Source of the DNA: Catajapyx aquilonaris
Taxonomy: Eukaryota
Assembly (NCBI GenBank): GCA_000934665.2
Contig: KZ538376.1
Coordinates: 62,001 to 87,270 of the forward strand
Direction of reading: 5' to 3'
DNA: 25,270 nucleotides
The notes beneath the pieces are model-generated. The model ran no database searches. It had not been told where the DNA came from and saw nothing but the letters and a program-made list of their open reading frames with translations. The position numbers were made by a program, and so were the translations under genes. Shown in pieces: positions 1 to 9,057 of this stretch. Position 1 is the first letter of the stretch; the number at the start of each line of letters is the position of its first letter.

Positions 1-243
1 TGTTTAGAAGACCCTATTAGCTGCTAATATTATGTTAATGTCTACATGGGGCCCCTCTTACAAAAGTGGGTTCTATTACTGACTTTTGGAAACAATAAAA
101 TCCATTCAAAATAATAAAAAAATTATCCAAAGGCTGAATGACGAATATGTACAAAAATCTTATGGAGCCTGTTCATCAAAATGCAGCGGTGCCCTGGAGC
201 ACTAATGACCATTAGCCAATTAAATCATACTCTCAACTGATTA

Positions 244-496
244 TAATGGATACCCCGTGATAGGCCTCCTTGGGCCTCTTAGGGGATCATCTTTTTGAAC
301 AACCGTCTTTAATCTTTGCCTGCGCTGTATTTGATAGTGAGAGGAAACGGGATAACCCCGAGAAAACCCACGCGAACACGGAGAGAACCCATCGAAACTC
401 TATCCACATAAGTATCCTCCGTCCGACTCGGGGATCGAACTCGGGACCTCAGAGGTGGAAGTCTGCGGAGCTAACCACTCCGCCACCGTGTCGCCC
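244..496 (-). mobile_element. tRNA-derived SINE with V-domain (V-SINE superfamily), full length
   Basis: The minus strand starts GGGCGACACGGTGGCGGAGTGG (A box) and contains GAGTTCGATCC (B box). It continues with TTCTCTCCGTGTTCGCGTGGGTTTTCTCGGGGTTATCCCGTTTCCTCTCAC, which matches the V-SINE central domain as I recall it. The 3' tail is CCCCTAAGAGGCC..GGCCTATCACGGGGTATCCATTA. A 16-bp direct repeat TACTCTC(A/G)ACTGATTA at 228-243 and 501-516 (1 mismatch) is the likely TSD. Confidence 0.88.
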
Positions 497-1134
497 TTAC
501 TACTCTCGACTGATTACAAATAGTAATTATTAAAATGTTACTGAAATCCATCACAGTTTGGTAGCAAAACATTCCCATTCAGCGATGGCCTATACAAGTA
601 CTTGTATTACACATTTGGCCCGCCGCGCCGTTAGACAATTCCCCTGTCAAGCAGACATTTCACGTGGCACTAGTCCAGTGCGGAATGCTTGCAATATCGC
701 ACATTCCATCATTAAATCTGAAAACTACGCTTCTTAAAATAACTCTGCGAGCTCCACGTGACAATTATTCGAGCTGGGCACAGAAAATGCATGTGATTAT
801 TGCACCTTGTACACGTCCTAAACTATGGGCAGGGTGTTGAAAGCCGGTCAGATGAAAGAGATTCAAAACAGTTTATCTCGTTGTTAACTGTTTTAATTGT
901 GAACGGGCCTATAACTATGAATTACAGGGTGGGGTGGCGTTATGGTGACGCACGGGGGGTGCTTTATGCAACACGCGGTGAAAACTAGGCCAAACTCCGG
1001 CCGGATTATTCGCATTCATTGCGGGATTAGATATTTCGCACTGATACGCTCAATTCGGCTACACTTCATTTGCATGAAAATCTCCGGCGCACTTGACTTG
1101 TCCGCAGGCGACAAAAAAAGGGTTGGGCCCTGGA

Positions 1135-1165
1135 GGGGGGGGGGGGGNGGGGGGGGGGGGGGGGG
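1135..1165 (+). repeat. poly-G tract containing an N (assembly join)
   Basis: Run of about 30 G with n at 1148. Confidence 0.9.
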
Positions 1166-1687
1166 CTAGACACTGAAAACCCCCTCCCAAATTTCGCGCC
1201 ACGACCTCCATATCTCACTACTTCAGCACAGCTTACTCTTCTTCTACCACTCCGCCCTTGTCCCACAAATTTCGCAAATAACCGAATTGGAAATCTTCCA
1301 GGACTGTCCCATTTTGCCAGATGGCTAACTCAGTCTGGATATGGCCTTTAATCGTAGCTTCTTTTTTTTCTTCAAAAAAGGCCCTCTGCGGACTTTGTTA
1401 CATGAAAACGGGCTTAGTTGTAATTTTGTCTGGCTTAAACGAACGGAGGAACGTTGAGTGGCCTTGTCCGAGTGAATAATAAAATATGTTTAACAGGAAT
1501 AGGAATATACTTGTCGAAACAGTTTGGTTCGGAAGTATACTTCTGTCCTACGGAAAAACGTCGCATCTGCACATTGCGATAAAGAAAACACGACCTTATC
1601 TGCACTTCAGGCCAGTTTTGTTTGAATTGGAATGAATTATTTAAAATATTTGAATTCATTTATGAGAATTCACCTAAAGCATGGTTG

Positions 1688-1899
1688 TAGTCTGACGGTT
1701 TCAGCAACTATACTAAATAGACCCGAGTGGATCTGGTCGTCTGCGTTAATTGAGAGTAAAGTTTTAAAAATTGCCATTTCTAGGCCTGTCAGTCTGTCTT
1801 GAGTCAAGAAATGGCAATTTTTAAAACTTTACTCTCAATTAACGCAGACGACCAGATCCACTCGGGTCTATTAGTATAGTTGCTGAAACCGTCACACTA
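1688..1899. mobile_element. palindromic MITE with ~94-bp inverted arms
   Basis: 1688-1781 is the reverse complement of 1807-1899 (1 mismatch, 1 indel), separated by a 25-bp spacer. The outermost TA on each side could be the TSD. Confidence 0.85.
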
Positions 1900-1957
1900 G
1901 AATCGCTGAATTGGTAGTTGTTATTCGTTATTACACTCATTAATCATGAGGTTGTAT

Positions 1958-2045
1958 GAGGTCCCGGCTGGTTCGCCAGCGACGGTACTCTCTTCCTCGA
2001 GCGGTCCTCGGACCTGACTCGCATTTTTTGGTCGGACGGGGTGCT
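1958..2045 (+). ncRNA. candidate (probably degenerate) HDV-like self-cleaving ribozyme
   Basis: P1 GAGGTCC/GGTCCTC (6/7); J1/2 hairpin GCTGG-TTCG-CCAGC; P2 GGTACTC/GGGTGCT; P3 TCT/AGC (2/3); L3 TCCTCG; GG for P1.1; P4 ACC..GGT; J4/2 CGGA. All occur in the canonical order. Confidence 0.4.
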
Positions 2046-2246
2046 TGGGAGAATATCCCACCCCCGTCCCTGGGTTGGACCCGGCATTGCAGTACAGCTG
2101 GGGCCAGCCCTCCTCTCCCCCGCCCTTCTCACCCACCCCTACCTTGCAATCCCACACCTTCCTCTCCTACCCCCGGCTGCCAAGGCCCGACTCAGACAGA
2201 GCCATACAAGCTGGGTAACCCTTCCTACCAACCAACCAACCAACAA
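1958..2246 (+). mobile_element. short non-tRNA retroposon-like element with (CCAA)n tail and a candidate HDV-like ribozyme head
   Basis: GC-rich island in AT-rich DNA, ending ACCAACCAACCAACCAACAA (2227-2246). There are no A/B boxes, the 5' ~90 nt fit an HDV-like topology (see findings), and I found no TSD. Confidence 0.5.
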
Positions 2247-2715
2247 GGCGCTCTACACATACATGGATGCTGAATATGCAGTTACTAGAGGCTAAAATAC
2301 CTATGTGGAATAGTCAGGCGTGAAAAGGTCATGCTTGGTTCGAAATTAGTCTGTCTCTTTTTGTGACATCATCGTCATTTGTAATCTTGACACAGCACTC
2401 AATATATTGCGTGTTGGCCATATTATAAATTCTGCACAGCGCAGCTGTTAGAATAGGTTGAAATAACCTATTTTATTACACTATCGTACTACAATGCTTG
2501 CATAACCTAATGCCAAGTGGTGTATTATTTACAGGGCTGGTACAGAATGTATATAACCTACAGTACACTGACATATACTATAATACAAGTAGGTCTATAC
2601 TGCCGTTGCATGAAAATGGGGTTCTTCGGACTATAAAACTTACAGTGCGTTACAAGTGAAACGTCCATACTTATGCATAAACCTCGTGTCGTTTCGGGGA
2701 CACAGATTAGTAATA

Positions 2716-2960
2716 TGGACGGTGTTATGCAATAATGAGTCAATCCACATGAGAACAATTTTGAGAAAAAAGGGCTATGAAGGTCATACCTGTGAAATTA
2801 ATTCAGTGTTCTTTTCGGTCATTTATGGCAGAAGTATTAGTGCTGATTTCACCAGCGTGATTTTAACTGAATGAAGTAGGATCCTTTAGGTATATATTCC
2901 TGGGATTAGATTAATTTCTGCATTTTTGTGGGTTGAGAAATTATTTCATAACACCATCCA
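2716..2960. mobile_element. old TIR element (TGGACGGTGTTATGCAATAATG ends) flanked by TA
   Basis: Left TIR at 2716-2737. A degenerate right TIR ends at 2960, with TA on both flanks. A second, perfect 22-bp right TIR lies at 3557-3578 in the duplicated right half. Confidence 0.6.
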
Positions 2961-3578
2961 TACACACCATTATTTCGTGAGTTAACTTTTCGGTCATTTG
3001 GGGCAGAAGTTTGCAGATTTCGTCACCTTGATTTTAACTGAATGAAGTACTATCAGGGAGCATATACTACATGCGCAAACATTCGATTTTTGCGTCTCTC
3101 TGTTTATAGGGCGTTGCCAAGGCTGGCGGCCATTTTGAAGTGTGTGGCACGCCAACGAGGTCTAAATAGGGTACAGGCAGGCCGTCAAGGTCAGCGGGGG
3201 TCCGCCATCTTTGATGGTTTTGGCTGCCATGGCAATACACGGCAATAACAATTTACTTACCCATTCCAATATCGAATTCAAATTCGTGCGTGTTCTTGCC
3301 GTGTAGTTGCCATGGCAGCCAAAACCATCAAATATGGCGGACCCTATTTTTGCCTGTACCCTATTTATACCTCGTTGGCGTACCACACACTTCAAAATGG
3401 CCGCCAGCCTTGGCAACGCCCTATAAACAGAGAGACGCGAACATCAAAGGCGCCGACAGAAGTTTGCGCCTCTTATGTAGTATATGCTCCCTGGTACTAT
3501 CCTTTGGGTGTATGTTCCTGGGCTTAACTCAATTGTGACATTTTTGTGGGTTGTCCCATTATTGCATAACACCGTCCA
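2811..3578 (+). repeat. diverged direct duplication of a ~150-bp unit; second copy interrupted by the 3054-3493 MITE
   Basis: CTTTTCGGTCATT..TTTTAACTGAATGAAGTA..CATTTTTGTGGGTTG..CATAACACC.TCCA occurs at ~2811-2960 and again at ~2986-3053 plus 3501-3578. Confidence 0.8.
3054..3493. mobile_element. foldback MITE with ~200-bp TIRs and a 7-bp TSD (P/Galileo-like)
   Basis: Termini CAGGGAGCATATACTACAT...ATGTAGTATATGCTCCCTG. Arms ~3054-3250 and 3291-3493. TSD GTACTAT at 3047-3053 and 3494-3500. Confidence 0.9.
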
Positions 3579-4581
3579 GTTGAGGCGGCAGAATATGGCC
3601 TTTGATATCTGTTTATACAGGAAAATGTTAAAGGATCAAAAAGGGTTCTGTCCATTTGGGACATACCTGTATTAAGGATAATCAATAAAATTGTGTAACT
3701 AAAATATGTAATAAGCTACTTTGTCATGAGGACTTAGCTTTAAAGAGACGGAATACGCTTTATACATTAAGTAATAGAGCTATTATTTTCACCAGCACCA
3801 TGCCATCAAGTTCCCCCTTTTAAGCAGGTTGGCAAACCCATAATATATTGGTGTTTGAAAATTAAGCATGTGCTTTCAATCTCATCAATTTTTAGTCAGC
3901 TCATTACAGAAAATTCTATGACAAAATAATGCCGTGTTATTATGCGGCAGAATAATGCATCGCCTTCTTGTTTTATTTTTTATTTAATAGACAAGCTGTT
4001 CATTTTACTATGCTGGGATACATCCTAACTCTTCAACAGCACGCATGTACTTGTATAAGAAGTAGATTCCAAAAGTACCATACTGTTTTAATATTAACCC
4101 TGGAATTGAAACAATATTGCATCACTGCTGGTGTCGTTTTGTGATAATGTATGTGCCCAACCAAATGAATGTTTTAATCCAAACTATTAAATGGATTTCC
4201 ACATAATCTACCTAGTATTTAAAATTTGGTTTATTTCAGGTTTAGTAAGCTTACAAGCAAAGTAACTTTTCTTACCCTCGTGGATTTTGATAATTTTTAT
4301 AAATTAAATTCTGCTTGGCCTGTAGTGTTGGGAAAACATCACCTCAGCTGCTAAATTCCACGTTAGCAGGGTGAAAATCCAGCCTAAAGGCGATGTTCCG
4401 TAAGCCACAACACCAGCGTTCGGTCGCGAGGCGCTTTCCAGGCTGCCCGGTCACGCTCGTCCCGGCTGCCCTGTCGCGGTCGGCTTTCACCGCGTCTGCA
4501 GCTCTCTCCGGTGCCACGAAGGAGAAGGGTCATCTCGTACGCTTTGCAGTCGAAGGCGATTATAATAATGGAGAGCCAGGA

Positions 4582-5358
4582 CAGGGGGCATAATACTACA
4601 TAAGAGGCGCAAACATTCGATTCGCCTGTCTCTGGCAAAGAGTGTGTATTGTATAGCGCAGTGTGGGATTATTGTAGTGGCAATAAACTTCTGGCAAACC
4701 ATTTTGCTTTTCGTGATGGTATTTTATTCACAGGTGTTCTACATCGTGTTTTGTCGTCAATTTTTACACCAACGAGAGTATACGAGTGCTTATAGCTTAT
4801 TTCCAACCTCTGGGGCTTTTATTGCCATATTTCCGGCACTGCCTCGATCTACCGTATTGTACAATACAGTATCGAGTTTCGCTGTCGACTCGCCAGGTGG
4901 CAGGTCAGTCGATTGGCGACACGGTTGCTATGCTACCAGCTGTTTTTTCCACTCTTCCTAGTATAAGCTCTTTGGTCTCTGGTTGATGGGGCCAACGGTG
5001 GCGGCCATTTTGAAGAGATGCCAACGAGGTGTAAATAGGGTACAGGCAGGCCAAAGCTTCGCCATCTTTGATTGTTTTGGCGGCGGCCATGGCACTTCAC
5101 GGCAAGAACACGGGCGAATTTGAATATTTTTGCCGTACTTACGGAATTAATACGTAGAAAAGTGCATTAAAGGAGCTCATACGGCAAAAAGATTCAAATT
5201 CAGCCGCCAAAACCATCAAAGATGGCAGACCTTTGGCCTGCCTGTACCCTATTTACACCTCGTTGGCCTCTCTTCAAAATGGCCGCCACCGTTGGCCCCA
5301 TCAAACAGAGACAGGCGAATCGAATGTTATGGCCTCTTATGTAGTATTGTGCCCCCTG
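4582..5358. mobile_element. inner foldback homologous to the 3054-3493 MITE family
   Basis: Starts CAGGGGGCATAATACTACATAAGAGGCGCAAACATTCGATT and ends GTAGTATTGTGCCCCCTG. Shares GGCGGCCATTTTGAAG, GCCAACGAGGT.TAAATAGGGTACAGGCA and CGCCATCTTTGAT blocks with 3054-3493. Confidence 0.85.
4636..4974. mobile_element. nested 339-bp non-autonomous DNA transposon with an 8-bp TSD (P- or hAT-like)
   Basis: Short TIR CAAAGAG...CTCTTTG. TSD GTCTCTGG at 4628-4635 and 4975-4982. It is absent from the mirror arm, which shows the empty site. Confidence 0.85.
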
Positions 5359-5831
5359 TCCTGGCTCTCCATTATTATAATCGCCTTAGACTGCAAAGCG
5401 TGCGAGATGACCCTTCTCCTTAGTGGCACCGGAGAGAGCTGCAGACGCGGTGAAAGCCGACCGCGACCGGGCAGCCTGGAAAGCGCCTCGCGACCGAACG
5501 CTGGTGTTGTGGCTTACGGAACAGCGCCTTTAGGCTGGATTTTCACCCTGCTAACGTGGAATTTAGCAGCTGAGGTGATGTTTTCCCAACACTACAGGCC
5601 AAGCAGAATTTAATTTATAAAAATTATCAAAATCCACGAGGGTAAGAAAAGTTACTTTGCTTGTTAGGTAGGACAACCCTATACATGTAATGAATAAGTT
5701 CACATAGTGGTCAGTAACTCACCCGAAATGGTCAGATGTATAGTACGATTCTTATTTGAACAAAATATAATCAGTATATTTTTTTGCATGTGAAGCTCTA
5801 TTATGACCACAATGTAGGCACATGCAATATA

Positions 5832-5960
5832 CAGGGTGTTTAAAAACTGTGTACAAATTTTAATGGAAATAGGGAACACCAAGAAAACCTTTTTAATCGG
5901 TGAATGTAGCCTACCCTGTGTCCGCTGACGTCATCCTTCGGCGCTATAGGGCCGCTGGTA
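5832..5960 (+). mobile_element. probable truncated Tc1/mariner-type end (TA|CAGGGTGTTT)
   Basis: Same terminal motif as 11507 and 22559. No partner end was found and the right boundary is approximate. Confidence 0.4.
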
Positions 5961-8900
5961 TTCTATACCAGTTGGAAACCAACCCATCATACATAAAGTA
6001 GAACGCGAGAACTATGTAACTATGACATTATAGCTCTATTATTTTAGAAACAGCATAATATTTTTACAATATTAAAGAGCACCTAGTGGAATTCTCGCGC
6101 AGAATGTGCCTGTTCAGTACGCTGCACAAAGTGGTTTTTTGACTCTATTTTTCAATGCTCTTTGAATATTGGGTATACCGGTACTGAATGCACAGATGAC
6201 CACCTATTTCAAGCTACATGTGGCGAATCAATAAATCCATCCAAACTGACAAATGGTAACTGCCAACTTTGCAATGTTAAGAGCTCCAATTCACATAATA
6301 TGGATTTAGGAGAATATTTTACATTAACATACTAGGACATTTTTTTACGAAAGCAATTTTGGTTGCCATAAGGCGGTTTTGTTAAGTTGAAATTAAATTC
6401 ATTATTGTACCTAAACACTCTCCGATCACCGTGTGATTTATTATTACGGTAACCCAGATATGCCTATCGTCCTATAATTATGTAGGACACTTGTACAGTT
6501 GTTTGATTTTTAGTCATTATGTTAGTTCTTCATTTGCTAATTTAAAAATTTGAAAATTAACCAAAATCATTCAGGCACATCTGGGTTAAGCTTACATCCG
6601 TATCGATGAAAATGTCACGGACGCTCCCTCATCAAGTTGGTACTCCTGAGCCAACCAATGAAACTTCAAACGTACAACGGGACCCCGTCGGATTTCTGTC
6701 AGAATTCCCCATCAATAGACATCTCTTTCAGCATCAGTGTCAGCACCAATCAAGACTTGAGCCCCAGTTACAAAGAAATTGTCCCTCATTTCACATAACA
6801 TGTAATCTGTGAAGCGCACTGATTCCAAATCTGGCCCGACTTGCCACCGCCTTAATTGAAGTGTGACTCGCATATCAGATGAGAAGGCTCGTTTCTCCCC
6901 GTCCCTTTTGAGTAATTATACACTCCTTTCTCTCGCCATCTTCTTTGGCTGGAGTTTCTTAACTGGGGAAGTCTCCGAGAAACCGTTAATCATTTTCCGC
7001 CCCTGCGAAACTCGCGGTTTGTTTTCCCGAGCCCCTGTCATTGCGATTTGTTTCCTGACCCCTAGGGACGGATTCTGCGACCTTAATCGACCTATTCACC
7101 AGCCTCATTTCCCAGAAAACAAAATAAATAATGGTCTACGTGCTATTGGCACTTGGGATGGGTGTAACGTTGCGGAGGACATTCTTGTGCAAATAAATGA
7201 ACCCTTGATGAACGATGGGGCTCGTTATGAATGAGTGAGGCTGACAGTCGCTGGAGCATCTTCATATTTCATGCCGAGGGGATATTTACTGGGGCTTGTT
7301 CAAGTGCGTCGAACTCTTATTGACTTGGCGATTAGTCCAGTCGTGTCATGGAAGCGAATTATGAGATCCGGAATTGCATAATTGTGTTTGGGGAGGCTGT
7401 GCTGTGTACAGATGAAGTGTCCGTTCGATCATTATTAAATGGCGGTCAATGCTGTAATGGATAACATGGTTGGCAGGTAATTTTTTTGACGTATCTATTT
7501 ATCTGACGTAAAATTTGGCCGCTGTCAGCGTGCTTAAATGGATTTATGCTCATCAAATTTGGGGCTACGGAGCGAAATATTTGCTGTCCAAACTACTAGA
7601 AAAATATTTTGTTTAATGATATTAATATTGTTTCCTTACATTTCAGGCCCAGCTGGAGTCATGGAACGCAAGGTGGTCGACAATAATTAAGAGGTTGATG
7701 AGGGGCACAAGTTGACGCCATTTTAAATAGTTCGGCGGGGAATCTGCATGCGAATGCGAATCATGGGAGAAGGAGGCGAAGTTAAACTGGGCAACAGAGG
7801 ATGTCGCCTGTCCAAATCCAGATACACGATTCCTATCCCGCTGGAACCTCTCAAGGTAACGCTCCATTTATTATTAATCTCTCGAGCCGCAATTGCGTAT
7901 TCAGTAAGCGACATTTATATCCAGTCGTACATCAGATTGTCACGCATAAAATAACAATGATCCTGAACTTTACGACGCAAGAAAATATTACCAGTGTAAA
8001 TTGCATCAAATTTGCATGGCCTGGTGGCTCTGAGGGCAACCAAAGTACACACCGGGAATATCTATACAGTATTCTCAAATAAAGGTAGGCCTACTATTTT
8101 TGAAGCATTAAATGGTATCCTAGGCAATGTCAGCACCCACACTTAATAATCCGACCTTGGTGTCCTGGACTTGCAAATGCAATGATGGACCAGTCCCGCA
8201 GAGGAAAGGGTGACGGGCAGCAGCTTTTAGCAATTAACTCAAAGGGGACGGCTTTCATTCTCTTGGGGAACGAGAAAAAAAATCCCCCGGATTATGCACA
8301 AAGTTTGGGACTAGTCTAAACACTCTCTGGAAGCTTCCCCGGGTTCCTAGGTTTATATACGTCCTGCCCGCGGCCTACCGCAGACTTAGTTCCAGCCCGT
8401 CTAAATCGGACTGTGGTACACCACACGCTAATGGATTACAAATCAAATAGTCTGATTGTGACGTTGTTACGGCGAAGCTTGACAACATTGGTCTTTTGGG
8501 TGGAATCGGTGGGTTTCACGCTTGGTTTCACGGATTTGCCTCTGAAATAAGATGTCAAATCATTCCTAATCGAAGAATAGCTATACTGCAGCCATTGTCA
8601 CCCTATACTAATGGCATTCTGGTGAAGGAATAGTTTCAAGTCAAAATTAATTATTCACATTTAATGCCTACATGAGTTTTGCAATATCCTTTAGACTGCA
8701 ACGTTTGATGCATGGAATTTGAGCCAATAATTTCAAAGATTTGTCATTATTGTACAACCACTCTGGTAGGTTAAATTGCGCTTATCACATCGGACCTGTC
8801 TACTTCAGCCTTTAGGGGATATACGAGTATCAGAGCGGGCTTGGTCAGAGTGGCTGGATTGGGTACGTAGTGATAATGGCTGCTCCAGATTTGCCTACAG

Positions 8901-9017
8901 CTTCAATACATGTGGAATAGGCGGATCCGATGTGTTGTTGCACAATATTACCAGAACTCACTGATGCTTACTGGCCGTACGATGTTATACCGCCAGCAAC
9001 TGCTGCTGTTTTGAGCC

Positions 9018-9057
9018 ATTTTGATCTATTTTTACCTATTTTGATCTATTTTTACCT
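9018..9057 (+). repeat. perfect 20-bp tandem duplication
   Basis: ATTTTGATCTATTTTTACCT x2. Confidence 0.95.

Larger units (their letters stand above)
4254..5663. mobile_element. 1.4-kb foldback element (CAAGCAAAG...CTTTGCTTG) with TTA flanks
   Basis: 4254-5137 (minus a nested insert) is the near-perfect reverse complement of 5180-5663, with a 42-bp spacer at 5138-5179. TTA occurs at 4251-4253 and 5664-5666. Confidence 0.9.

Noticed and set aside
2811..3053. CRISPR-like or satellite array
   Set aside because: Only two diverged ~150-bp units, in a eukaryotic context with no repeat-spacer periodicity.
8140..8420. possible twister or other structured RNA, or a TATA promoter on the minus strand
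   Set aside because: The twister pseudoknots cannot be built, and a lone TATATAAA is insufficient.
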